Assembly (NCBI GenBank): GCA_046290465.1
Contig: JBKAGP010000001.1
Span: 416,001-480,000 of the forward strand
Direction: 5' to 3'
DNA: 64,000 bases
Source: Planctomycetota bacterium
GTDB lineage: Bacteria > Planctomycetota > UBA1135 > UBA2386
Numbering within the stretch: position 1 is the stretch's first letter; each line of letters opens with the position of its first letter. The notes under the pieces were generated by a model that was not told the DNA's origin, ran no database searches, and saw only the letters and a list, made by a program, of their open reading frames with translations. Position numbers and translations under genes: made by a program. Of this stretch, positions 45,967-55,226 are shown in pieces.

Positions 45967-47406
45967 TCAGCGCGCGCCCTTGCCGCGCAGGATCACGGTC
46001 ACGGTGCGCAGCATGATGTTCAGGTCGAACAGCAGGCCCATGTTCTTGATGTAGTAGAGGTCGTAGCGCAGCTTTTCCTGCGCGTCCTCCATCGAGGCGC
46101 CGTACGGGTGGCACACCTGCGCCCAGCCGGTCAGGCCCGGCTTGACCGTGTGCCGCAGCGGATAGAACGGGATGTCCTTCTGCAGCTGCTCGACGAAGTG
46201 CTGGCGCTCCGGCCGCGGCCCGACGAACGACATCTGGCCGCCGAGGATGTTGAGGAACTGCGGGATCTCGTCGATGCGCGTCAGCCGCAGGAACTTGCCG
46301 ATCGGCGTGACGCGGCTGTCGTTCTTCTGCGCCCACACCGGCCCCGACTTGGCCTCGGCGTCGGGCGTCATGGTGCGGAACTTGGTCAGCCGGAACACCT
46401 CGCCGTCCTCGCCGACGCGCTCCTGCGTGAAGAACACCGGACCCTTGCTCGTCAGCTTGATCAGCAGCGCCGTCAGCACGCAGATCGGGAACGACAGCAC
46501 CAGCCCGATCGACGACGCCAGGATGTCGAGCACCCGCTTGAGCGCCATCGTCAGCGGGTCCTTGGCGAAGCCGCGGCCGTAGATCAGGTAGCTCGGCCGC
46601 ATCGACTCGACCGCCAGCTTGCCGGTGAGGCGCTCGTACATCGCCTCGCGCTCCTCGATGATGACCCCGTCCATGCGGCACTTCAGCAGCGCATCGACCG
46701 GGAACTTGCCGCGACGTTCCTTCAGCGAAACGATCACGCGGCTGATGCCGTCCTCGCGGCAGGTCTTGTGCAGGCACTCGAGGTTGCCGAGCAGCGGCGC
46801 GTCGTCGGCGGTGGTCTCGAGCGGCGGCTGGCCGACCTCCTCGATCAGGCCGCGGACCTCGAAGCCCGCCATCGGGTTCTCACGCAGCATGCGGCTGAGG
46901 TTGAGCGCCTCGGGCGACGAGCCGAGCACGATCACCCGTTCGCCGAACCGCCACTTGTAGAAGAACCAGTGGAAGAAGTGGCGCAGCACGAACACCAGCG
47001 CGAACGCGATGCCGACCAGCACGATCAGCTTCCAGGTCTCGCCGTTGATGTTCTGCAGACCGGGCAGGTAGAACAGCGAGCCGGCGACCAGCGCCAGGAA
47101 GCCCAGCATCACCAGCGCGTAGCCGTAGCTGTGCACCAGCCGGTTGGCCAGTTCGGCGCGGTTCTGCGCGACCTTCCAGTCGTAGAGGTCGTTGTAGCTC
47201 AGCGCGGCCTGGCAGAAGATCGCGATCGCGAAGCTGGTGACCAGCCCGCGCATCAGGTCCTCGGACATCTCGAGCAGCAGGAAGCTCTTGCTGCTGAGCG
47301 GCGGCACGCTGGTCCCGATCAGGATCACGGCGGCGAACAGCACGTTCTCGCTGAGCAGCAAGAGCATCTTGCGCCGCGGGATGATCTGTTCGGCTAGGGT
47401 GACCAT
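45967..47406 (-). CDS. Priming sugar transferase (undecaprenyl-phosphate glycosyl-1-P transferase), PEP-CTERM/XrtA type
   Basis: Probable start ATG47406; YERLTGK, KRVLDI, QERVG, KFRTM, RIDEIPQ, GPRPER, KPGLTGWAQV, KLRYDLYYIKN. Confidence 0.93.
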   Translation of the reverse strand: MVTLAEQIIPRRKMLLLLSENVLFAAVILIGTSVPPLSSKSFLLLEMSEDLMRGLVTSFAIAIFCQAALSYNDLYDWKVAQNRAELANRLVHSYGYALVMLGFLALVAGSLFYLPGLQNINGETWKLIVLVGIAFALVFVLRHFFHWFFYKWRFGERVIVLGSSPEALNLSRMLRENPMAGFEVRGLIEEVGQPPLETTADDAPLLGNLECLHKTCREDGISRVIVSLKERRGKFPVDALLKCRMDGVIIEEREAMYERLTGKLAVESMRPSYLIYGRGFAKDPLTMALKRVLDILASSIGLVLSFPICVLTALLIKLTSKGPVFFTQERVGEDGEVFRLTKFRTMTPDAEAKSGPVWAQKNDSRVTPIGKFLRLTRIDEIPQFLNILGGQMSFVGPRPERQHFVEQLQKDIPFYPLRHTVKPGLTGWAQVCHPYGASMEDAQEKLRYDLYYIKNMGLLFDLNIMLRTVTVILRGKGAR

Positions 47407-47934
47407 GGATGAGGGGAGCGTCCGGAAGCCGTTGGAATAACTCGGCGTCTGAAGAAAGTCTGCTGGAGCGGTGCGGGAGAACCCTATGCCATCGGCGGCA
47501 AGGCGCAGCCGACGGATCCCGCGAAAGTGGTGAAGATCGGCCGGCCGTCGGCCAGATCTGTCCGGGTCGCGCCAACGCACCGTGACGACGTCGATGCGCA
47601 GCTCGCGCGGCCGCGGTCGCAGCGACGGCGCGAGCGTTTGCAACGACGCTTCGATGCGGTCCAACTGGTCGGCGCGCACGGTCCGTTCGGGCGCCGGATG
47701 GTCGCGTCGCGCCTTGACCTCGACCGCGATCCAGACGCGCCCGCGCCGGCAGAGCAGGTCGATCTCGCCGTGTCGCGTACGCACGTTGCGTGCGTGCACG
47801 CGCAGGCCGAGGCGCTGCAGCGCGCGGCAGGCGAGGTCCTCACCGTGCCGTCCCGAGGTCTGCGGGGCGCGCTTGCCGGCATGTCCGCCCGGGTCAGCTG
47901 GCCTTCGGCGCGGCGTTGTCGGCCGCCGGCTCAC
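47407..47934 (-). CDS. yraN: YraN (UPF0102) PD-(D/E)XK nuclease-like domain; no stop, reads in frame into the sugar transferase
   Basis: GRHGEDLA, RNVRTRHGEIDL, VEVKAR, RIDVV; the 655-aa ORF 45967..47934 is uninterrupted. Confidence 0.8.
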
Positions 47935-48355
47935 GCTCGACCCGCGCGACCGCGGTGCGATCGAACGTCATGTTGATGCTGTCGACGCGCAGCGTGACGG
48001 TCTTCTCGGTCAGCGAGTCGACGACGCCGTGCATGCCGCTGATCGTGACGACCTTGTCGCCCTGCTTGATCGACGACAGTAGCGCCTGCTGCTCCTTCTT
48101 CCGCTTCTGCTCGGGGCGGATCATCATGAAGTACATCAGCACCAGGAACACCGGCATCATCCACAGCATGGTGTCGTTGGCGCACGGGCCCTGCGGCGCG
48201 GCGTTGGGGTCCTGCTTGGGGCCGGTCGGCTCGCCGGTGCCGGTGCTGCCGGCCGCGCCCGGGTTGCTGTTGCCGCCCGTCGGCGCGTCCGAGCGCGAGG
48301 TCGGATCCTGGAAGCGAACGAACGGGACGGGAACGAAGTAGGTCGTCTGCGACAT
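47894..48355 (-). CDS. yajC: Preprotein translocase subunit YajC with low-complexity N-terminal extension
   Basis: MYFMMIRPEQKRKK, GDKVVTISGMHG; start ATG48355 uncertain. Confidence 0.9.
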   Translation of the reverse strand: MSQTTYFVPVPFVRFQDPTSRSDAPTGGNSNPGAAGSTGTGEPTGPKQDPNAAPQGPCANDTMLWMMPVFLVLMYFMMIRPEQKRKKEQQALLSSIKQGDKVVTISGMHGVVDSLTEKTVTLRVDSINMTFDRTAVARVEREPAADNAAPKAS

Positions 48356-48561
48356 CTGGGGGTCTGCGATCACCCGGCGACGGCCGGGCGAGGTCGGGAG
48401 TGGCCGACGGGCGGGTGACGGTCGTCGGGCCGGCTCGGAAGTTCGGCCGCAAGCTGGGCCGGAAAATGGGCCAGCAGTATAGGGACAGGGCGGCTTGCGT
48501 TGCAGCCAAAGAAGCCCATCCTGTCTGCCCCGAGGTTCCGACCGGGTCCCGGGAGCCCATC

Positions 48562-49605
48562 ATGCGAGTCCTTACGGCGATGTCCGGCGGTGTCGACAGC
48601 AGCGTGGTGGCCCTCATGCTGCAGCAGCAGGGCCACGACGTGGTCGGCGTGTTCATGCGCAACGGGGTGGCCGGAAAGTCCGCCCAGGAGAAGTCGTGCT
48701 GCTCGGCGAGCGACGCGCGCGACGCTTCGGTGGTGGCGGATCGTCTGGGCATCCCGTTCTACGCGGTCGACTACGAGCAGGAGTTCGCCCGGCTGATGGA
48801 CCACTTCGCGGCCGAGTACCGCGCCGGCCGCACGCCGAACCCCTGTGTGCTGTGCAACCAGCACCTGAAGTTTGGCCACCTTTTCGACCTCGCCGACGAC
48901 GTCGGCGCCGAGATGGTCGCGACCGGACACTACGCGCAGGTGCGCGACGGCCAGCTGCACACGGCGGTCGACGGCAACAAGGACCAGACCTACTACCTGT
49001 TCGGGATCGATCGCACGGCGCTCGACCGCACGCTGTTCCCGCTCGGCGGCATGACCAAGGACGAGGTCCGCAAGGTCGCCGAGCAGAACGGCCTGGTCAC
49101 CGCGCAGAAGCCGGAGTCGATGGAGATCTGCTTCGTGACCAGCGGCGACTACCGCGACGTCGTGCGCGCGCGCGGCGGCACCGGGCGGCCGGGGTCGTTC
49201 GTCGACGTCGAGGGCCGGCAGCTCGGCGAACACGACGGCGTCGACGGCTTCACGGTCGGGCAGCGCAAGGGCCTGCCGGCGCTGGGCACGCCGCACTACG
49301 TTGCCGCGATCGATCCGGAGTCGGGCGACGTGACGCTGGTGCCGCGCGATGGCCTGCAGCGGCGCACGATGTTCGTCAGCGGTGTGCACTGGCTGGCGGA
49401 CGCGCCGGCGGACGGCGACGAGGTGGTCGGCGAACTGAAGGTGCGGGCGCGCCATCGGCCGGTGCCGGGCCGGATCGTCGCGACCGGCGACACCGCGCGG
49501 GTGACGTTCGACGAGCCGGTGGACGCGATCACGCCCGGTCAGGCGGCGGTGTTCTACCGCGACACGCGCGTGCTCGGCGGCGCGTGGATCGACGGCTCGG
49601 CTTGA
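48562..49605 (+). CDS. mnmA: tRNA 2-thiouridine(34) synthase
   Basis: AMSGGVDSS, GRTPNPCVLCN, ATGHYA, KDQTYYL, ESMEICF, TVGQRKGL, TPGQAAVFY. Confidence 0.97.
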   Translation: MRVLTAMSGGVDSSVVALMLQQQGHDVVGVFMRNGVAGKSAQEKSCCSASDARDASVVADRLGIPFYAVDYEQEFARLMDHFAAEYRAGRTPNPCVLCNQHLKFGHLFDLADDVGAEMVATGHYAQVRDGQLHTAVDGNKDQTYYLFGIDRTALDRTLFPLGGMTKDEVRKVAEQNGLVTAQKPESMEICFVTSGDYRDVVRARGGTGRPGSFVDVEGRQLGEHDGVDGFTVGQRKGLPALGTPHYVAAIDPESGDVTLVPRDGLQRRTMFVSGVHWLADAPADGDEVVGELKVRARHRPVPGRIVATGDTARVTFDEPVDAITPGQAAVFYRDTRVLGGAWIDGSA

Positions 49606-49726
49606 TCCTGGCCGTTCGTTCTCATCCGTTCGGCGTGCGCGTCGGTTCGGACCGGAAGGCGCCCGTGTGGTCGACGGCGGCATCGCTGCCTGGGGGATAG
49701 CCGACTGCGGCGTGGCGCGCGGCCAG

Positions 49727-49760
49727 GTGGCGCAACCTGAACCGTGGCGCAACCTGAACC
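49727..49760. repeat. 2 x 17-bp direct repeat GTGGCGCAACCTGAACC
   Basis: Exact tandem copies between convergent mnmA and HU. Confidence 0.8.
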
Positions 49761-49778
49761 GGGTTCGGTATGCGGTGG

Positions 49779-50096
49779 TCAGGCTTCGGCGGTGTGTTCG
49801 TGGCCGGGGTCGTCGGGGCGGGCGACGGCGCTGCGCAGGCCGGTGCCGGCGCGGAAGCCGACGGAGCGGCTGGCGGCGATCTGCATCGGCTCGCGGGTCT
49901 GCGGGTTGCGGCCCATGCGCGCGGCGCGCTCCTTCACCTGGAAGGTGCCGAAGCCGACGATCTGCACCTCGCCGTCGACCTGCAGGCCGCGCTCGACCGC
50001 GCTGAGCACGGCGTTGACGGCGCGTTCGGCGTGCGCCTTGGAGCACTCGACCCCGAGGTGCTTCTGGACTTCGGTGATCAGGTCGGCCTTGTTCAT
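49779..50096 (-). CDS. hup: HU family DNA-binding protein
   Basis: MNKADLI, VQIVGFGTF, RAARMGRNPQT, FRAG. Confidence 0.95.
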   Translation of the reverse strand: MNKADLITEVQKHLGVECSKAHAERAVNAVLSAVERGLQVDGEVQIVGFGTFQVKERAARMGRNPQTREPMQIAASRSVGFRAGTGLRSAVARPDDPGHEHTAEA

Positions 50097-50316
50097 GGGG
50101 GTGTCGCTCCGGTGGTGCTGGCGGCTCGCGCCGACGGGGTTCCTGGTCCGTGCGACTCAAGCAGACCGGGGCCGCGCCCGCAAGCGTTCGCGGTCGGGGT
50201 CGCATTTCCGCGACGATTCCCGCGCATGCCGCTCAAGTCGTCCTTGGCAGCGGTCGATGAACCGGGCAACCGGGGCAGACGGTCCCGGACCCCCGAATCA
50301 TTCGACGAGGATACCC

Positions 50317-51357
50317 ATGAGGATCGCGGCCGCCGCAACCCTGCTGTTCGCTCTGGCTTCGTGCTCGACCACGAACACCGACACGGTCAGCCCTTATCAG
50401 CAACCGAACCAGCTGATGGGCAACGAGATCAACCAGCGCATCGAGCAGATTCCCTACCAGCACCGCGAGGAGCTGGTGCAGAACCTGCTGTGGCTGGCAC
50501 AGACCGGCGAGCAGACCATCCCGGCGCTGCTGCAGGGCCTCAACAGCGACAACCCGAAGGTGCGTTCGTCGTGCTGCTGGGTGCTCGGTCGCCTGCGCGA
50601 TCGCCGCACGGTCCCGAGTCTGCAGCGGCTGACCAGCGACTCGGAGACGAGCGTGCGCATGGAAGCGTCGCGTTCGCTGGTGCTGATGGGCGACATCGAG
50701 CAGGCTCCGAAGCTGATCGAAGGCCTCGACAGCGACCGCAAGGAGGTCCGCTACATGTGCCACGAGGCACTGAAGAGCGCCACCGGCCATGACTTCGGCT
50801 ACGACCACCTGAACCAGAACCAGCAGGAGCTGCAGGTCGCGGTGCTGCGGTGGCGTCAGTGGTGGGGGGAGTACTCGGGCGACCAGTTCTTCGCCCAGAG
50901 CTACGAGCAGCAGCACAACCTCAACAACCTGGCGGCGCCGGGTGGCGAGACCCGGCCGATGCAGGACGCCGGTCCGAAGCCGGAGGGCAACCCGGGCAAC
51001 GGCAACGCGTCGAACGGCACGCAGCCGGAGGCGGTCCAGCCCCAGAGTGGCCAACCTCAGAGTGGCCAACCTCAGAGTGGCCAACCACAGAGTGGCCAAC
51101 CGGGCGGCGGCCAGCCGCAGAACGAGCAGCCGAACAGCAGCCAGTCGAACGGTGCCGCCGCGGGCGAGCCGCAGAGCGGCACGACCCCCGAGCAGCCGTC
51201 GCCGACCCCGACGGGCACCAGCGGCAAGCCGGCCACCACGCCGGTGATCCAGCCGCCGGTCGTCGACGCCCCGAAGCCGGGTGCGAACGGCAGCCAGAAC
51301 GCCGGCAGCCAGAAGGCCGGCAGCACGGGCGCGACCGGCACCGGCAGCGACAACTGA
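50317..51357 (+). CDS. HEAT-repeat lipoprotein with disordered Gln/Pro/Ser/Gly tail
   Basis: ATG50317; lipobox LASC; HEAT repeats (IPALLQGL..NPKVR, LIEGL..RKEVR); WRQWW; QPQSG repeats. Confidence 0.85.
   Translation: MRIAAAATLLFALASCSTTNTDTVSPYQQPNQLMGNEINQRIEQIPYQHREELVQNLLWLAQTGEQTIPALLQGLNSDNPKVRSSCCWVLGRLRDRRTVPSLQRLTSDSETSVRMEASRSLVLMGDIEQAPKLIEGLDSDRKEVRYMCHEALKSATGHDFGYDHLNQNQQELQVAVLRWRQWWGEYSGDQFFAQSYEQQHNLNNLAAPGGETRPMQDAGPKPEGNPGNGNASNGTQPEAVQPQSGQPQSGQPQSGQPQSGQPGGGQPQNEQPNSSQSNGAAAGEPQSGTTPEQPSPTPTGTSGKPATTPVIQPPVVDAPKPGANGSQNAGSQKAGSTGATGTGSDN
51037..51111 (+). repeat. 15-bp coding tandem repeat (QPQSG x4 plus QPGGG)
   Basis: ca(g/a)cc(c/t/a)cagagtggc units. Confidence 0.85.
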
Positions 51358-51463
51358 TCGCTGCGCCCTCCGCGGGGGATTCGCCGCCGGCCGTTCCCAA
51401 CGGCCGACGCCGGCACTAGACTGGCGGGGTCCCACAGACCCCTGACCCGCGAGACCGCTTCCT

Positions 51464-52111
51464 ATGCGCCGAACCCAGTCCGGCTTCACCCTGATCGAAC
51501 TGCTCATCGTCATCAGCATCATCGGGGTGCTGGCCGCGGTGCTGCTGCCGCGTGCGCTCGAGTCGCGCACGGCCGCCAACATCTTTGCCGACGCACGGCA
51601 GATGGGCACCCACTATGGCTGGTTCGAGCTCTACAAGTCGAAGCACAAGAAGGCGCTGCCCAACAAGGGCGGCTACAAGTTCGTGATGTCGACGTGGACG
51701 TCGAAGGTGTTCCCGCACAGCGAGGAGAACCTCGACTTCTTCTTCACGCCGGGGGCCCGCGACAACGACCCCGACTACCGCACCGCACGCGAGCGCATGG
51801 AGATCGGCGAGGACCCGTGGCCGTCGATCGACGACACCCGCTCGACCGATACCCACTACGTCGGGCGCGCCCGCGGCTCGTTGCGCAAGGCCAACTCCCC
51901 GGAGCAGGCCTGGATGGCGACCGACAACGAGGGCCTGTGGGTGTTCGACGACGGCACCGTCAACGTGCTGTTCAGCGACGGCAAGACCCGCACCTACAGC
52001 TACCAGGACCTGCAGCAGCGCTTCGGCCTCGGCGACTTCGACCCGGACCAGCCGATCGAGACCTACGGGCCGAACTCGCCGATCCCGGAGTGCCAGAAGC
52101 TCGACAACTAG
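51464..52111 (+). CDS. Prepilin-type N-terminal cleavage/methylation protein with H-X9-DG-like C-terminal motif
   Basis: G|FTLIELLIVISIIGVLAAVLLP; GTVNVLFSDGK. Confidence 0.9.
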   Translation: MRRTQSGFTLIELLIVISIIGVLAAVLLPRALESRTAANIFADARQMGTHYGWFELYKSKHKKALPNKGGYKFVMSTWTSKVFPHSEENLDFFFTPGARDNDPDYRTARERMEIGEDPWPSIDDTRSTDTHYVGRARGSLRKANSPEQAWMATDNEGLWVFDDGTVNVLFSDGKTRTYSYQDLQQRFGLGDFDPDQPIETYGPNSPIPECQKLDN

Positions 52112-52221
52112 TCGGGTCCGGCCGGTCCGGCCCTCGGCACGCTCCGCGGGGAAGGTAACGCCTCCGGGAACATGCCCGCGCTCCGCTGACGGCGTCGAGC
52201 GCGCCGGGGTCCGAAGCGTCG

Positions 52222-52905
52222 ATGAGTCACGACGCCTCTGCCGTTCCTCCCGCCGGCCGCGCTGCGCGCAGCGCCGGCTTCACGCTGATCGAGCTGATGA
52301 TCGTGATGGCGATCCTCGGCGTGCTGGCCGCCGTGCTGCTGCAGAGCACCGGCGGCGTCCGGCTGGCGGCGCACCAGTTCGCCGACCTGGCGCAGCTGCG
52401 CACGCACGAGACCTGGCTCGAGCTCTACGAGTCCAAGCACCAGCGTGCCCTGCCGCAGGAGTCGGGCCACCGGCTGATCCTGTCGACCTGGACGTCGGGC
52501 GTGATGACGAAGACCGAGGAGAACCTCGACTACTTCTTCTCGCCGGGTGCGCGCGACAACGATCCGGCCTACCGCGCGGCGCGCGAACAGATCGAGGTCG
52601 GGCAGGATCCGTGGCCGTCGCTGGCGCGGGTCGACTCGCTGCAGACCGACTACGCCGGCCGCGCGCGGCGGCACCTGCGCAACGCGCGGCACGCGCGCCA
52701 GGCCCTGATGGCCACCGACAACGAACTCGGCCACGTCTGGTCGGACGGCACCGTGCACGTGCTGTTCGGCGACGGCCGCACGCGCGCCTACAGCTACCAG
52801 GACCTGCAGGCCCGCTTCGGCCTGCCGGACTTCGATCCCGACGTGCCGGTCGCCACGACCGGTGCGGAGTCGCCGATCCCCGAGTGCCGGCAGCTGGTGT
52901 TCTGA
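52222..52905 (+). CDS. Paralogous prepilin-type protein
   Basis: G|FTLIELMIVMAILGVLAAVLL; GTVHVLFGDGR; shares EENLD.FF.PGARDNDP, YSYQDLQ.RFGL and SPIPEC with the upstream gene. Confidence 0.9.
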   Translation: MSHDASAVPPAGRAARSAGFTLIELMIVMAILGVLAAVLLQSTGGVRLAAHQFADLAQLRTHETWLELYESKHQRALPQESGHRLILSTWTSGVMTKTEENLDYFFSPGARDNDPAYRAAREQIEVGQDPWPSLARVDSLQTDYAGRARRHLRNARHARQALMATDNELGHVWSDGTVHVLFGDGRTRAYSYQDLQARFGLPDFDPDVPVATTGAESPIPECRQLVF

Positions 52906-52911
52906 TCGCGA

Positions 52912-52953
52912 CCGGCGCCGCCGGCGGGGGATCAGCCGCGCCGGCGGCGCCGG
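52912..52953. terminator. 15-bp perfect GC hairpin between convergent genes (possible bidirectional terminator, no U-tract)
   Basis: CCGGCGCCGCCGGCG / CGCCGGCGGCGCCGG, 12-nt loop. Confidence 0.6.
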
Positions 52954-52965
52954 GATCGCCCGCGC

Positions 52966-54045
52966 CTAGAAGAACGCCATCACCGGCACCGACGAGCTGA
53001 CGCTGCCGGTCGCCGACGCGACGTTGCTGCCGTTGGCGATGCGGGCGCACGGGATCGGCAGCTGGCCGTACGGCGGCGTCACCAACGTGACGGCGTCGCT
53101 GAACGACATGCCGGTGGTGGCCAGGTCGATCGAGCCGGCCTGGCACCACAGCCGGTGGCCGGGCGGCAGCAGCGGCAGGTTGGGCAGCGTGCCGTCATAG
53201 CGACCGTTGGTCGTCATCGTGCCGGGCAGCGCGTACCAGAGCTCCGACGAGCTGTAGAACGGGCAGTCGCTGCGCAGCGGCCACGGCGTGCCGTCGAGGC
53301 TGGTGCCGAGCGTCAGGAACGCGCGGGTCGTGTTGCTGCCCGGGTCTGGCACGCCGTTGCGGATCGACACGTCGAACTCGCTGCTGCCGTTCTGCAGGCG
53401 CCACAGGTCGAGGTTGGCGTAGCAGTCGGCGGTCGCGCCCGGTGCCGGGCAGCCCTGCATGGTGCGAAAGCCCGGCTGCATCGCGCGGCCGTCGGCGAAC
53501 TGCTGCTGGGCGTCCAGGTAGACGCTGAAGTTCTGGTCGGGACCGTTGGGCGACTGGTTGCCGAAGATCTCGACGTCGACGCACAGCGTGCCGCCCTGCG
53601 GCGGCACCACGAACGGCACCGCGTACGGGATCACCAGCTCGAAGGTCGGCGACGGGTCGAGCGACGGCCGGTCGGTCGACGGGAACGTCACGACCTGGCG
53701 GGGCAGCACGACCACCGGGTTGGCGCCGGTGTTGTTGGCGAACGTGCCCGAGGCGCTGTCGGCGGGGTTCGGCGACATCGACAGCGTCACCTGCAGGTCG
53801 CACGAGAAGCCCGGCACGATGCCGCGCACGCCGATCGCGTCGCGGCGGTAGGCGTGCGCGGCGATCACCGTGCCGCCCGGCACGTCGTCGTGCAGCGTCT
53901 GCATGCGCGCGCTCTTGCGACCGAGCGGGTAGTGCGAGTAGCTGCTGCCCTCGAGTGGGCCGCGGTCGTTGGGGGACACGACGTTCTGGCAGAGTGCCGT
54001 CGGCACGACGGCGAGGAACGTCAGGACGAACCGTTGGATACGCAT
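52966..54045 (-). CDS. Secreted hypothetical beta-rich protein
   Basis: ATG54045; signal peptide MRIQRFVLTFLAVVPTALC; Pro/Gly/Thr/Val-rich; no recognisable catalytic motif. Confidence 0.75.
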   Translation of the reverse strand: MRIQRFVLTFLAVVPTALCQNVVSPNDRGPLEGSSYSHYPLGRKSARMQTLHDDVPGGTVIAAHAYRRDAIGVRGIVPGFSCDLQVTLSMSPNPADSASGTFANNTGANPVVVLPRQVVTFPSTDRPSLDPSPTFELVIPYAVPFVVPPQGGTLCVDVEIFGNQSPNGPDQNFSVYLDAQQQFADGRAMQPGFRTMQGCPAPGATADCYANLDLWRLQNGSSEFDVSIRNGVPDPGSNTTRAFLTLGTSLDGTPWPLRSDCPFYSSSELWYALPGTMTTNGRYDGTLPNLPLLPPGHRLWCQAGSIDLATTGMSFSDAVTLVTPPYGQLPIPCARIANGSNVASATGSVSSSVPVMAFF

Positions 54046-54267
54046 TGGCAAAGTTCTCCACAACGAGCCGCCGGCCTGTCCGGCGGGTCGCCAGGGCAGT
54101 GGGGGCCCGGCGCGCATTCCGCGCCGAGAAAATGGCCGTCGAGTGGTTTGCTTTGCCGATGGGGCGTCGCTAGCCTGCTTGCCGCTTGTCGGGCTCGCTG
54201 GCGCGAGGATGACGAGCAACCGAAAACCAACCTCGTTCTCACCACGCACGATCGTTCGCGGAGCGCA

Positions 54268-54567
54268 ATGACGAGCAACGGCGACAACGGGGCCGGTCCA
54301 TCAGGGAGCGGGCGGTCTCCGAGCGGCCAACGGGCCATCGGCGCAGGTCTGACCCTGGCGGTTTCGGTTGGTGTGTTCGCCTATGGCGGAATCTGGCTCG
54401 ACCGGCAGTTCGGAACCAAACCGTGGCTCCTGCTGCTGCTGGTCCTGCTCGGCATCGTCGGCGGCATGCTGCATCTGATCCGGGAGGTCGCACCTGAGCT
54501 GTGGCCGTTCGGAAAGCCAGCGGACCGGCACGACCAGAACGACGCCTCGAAGCAGGCACCGAAGTAA
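54268..54567 (+). CDS. atpZ: AtpZ/AtpI-family small membrane protein (ATP synthase gene 1)
   Basis: GLTLAVSV..GGIWLDRQFGTKPW pattern; first gene of the atp operon. Confidence 0.85.
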   Translation: MTSNGDNGAGPSGSGRSPSGQRAIGAGLTLAVSVGVFAYGGIWLDRQFGTKPWLLLLLVLLGIVGGMLHLIREVAPELWPFGKPADRHDQNDASKQAPK

Positions 54568-54569
54568 CG

Positions 54570-54623
54570 CGTCTGACAACCGATCGTCTGACCAGCCCCG
54601 TCTGACCAGCCCGTCTGACCACC
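54570..54623. repeat. 4 x 13-15-bp tandem repeat with CGTCTGAC core right after the atpZ stop
   Basis: Units start at 54570, 54585, 54599, 54612. Confidence 0.8.
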
Positions 54624-54648
54624 AGCGCCGCCACCCCCCTCGGCCTGC

Positions 54649-55185
54649 ATGCCCGACACCCCCTCGACCACGCACACGGAGCAGCCCCTGCAGCAGCAGG
54701 GCGCGGTCTCGACGTCGACGGGCACCGTCACCATCCACCGCGGCATGCTGCTGCGCGCGCTGGGCACGATGATCGTCGTGCTGGCGATCGTCGGCACCGG
54801 CGTCGGCTTGCTGCTGTTCGGCGGCGACGAGCTGCTCGAAGCGTCGGCGCTGCGCTACTACGTGGTCGGTCTGGTGCTGGCCGCGGCCGCGATGATGCTG
54901 ACGATCTGGGTGCACGGCCGCTTCGCCGCGACCCAGATGCCGGGCGCGACCAGCCACGCGGTGTCGGCGCGGCTGACCGGCCTGCTGGCCGCCGGCATGG
55001 GCGTCAAGATGGCGCTGCTGGTGCTCGGCTTCCTGGCCCTGAAGCAATTTCCTCTCAGTGAGGAAGCCACGAAATTCTCGGACATCACGACCTTTGCCGT
55101 GACGTTCGTGGGGGCGGCCCTGCTGTGCCAGACCGGCACGGCGCTGATCCTCGCGCGCGCGCTCGGTCGACGGATCGCCGGATAG
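54649..55185 (+). CDS. ATP synthase protein I-like 4-TM protein
   Basis: Four hydrophobic helices, GMGVKM motif, located before atpB. Confidence 0.65.
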   Translation: MPDTPSTTHTEQPLQQQGAVSTSTGTVTIHRGMLLRALGTMIVVLAIVGTGVGLLLFGGDELLEASALRYYVVGLVLAAAAMMLTIWVHGRFAATQMPGATSHAVSARLTGLLAAGMGVKMALLVLGFLALKQFPLSEEATKFSDITTFAVTFVGAALLCQTGTALILARALGRRIAG

Positions 55186-55226
55186 TCGCCTCGACCAACC
55201 AACCCACTCGAACTCCTCCGACGAAC

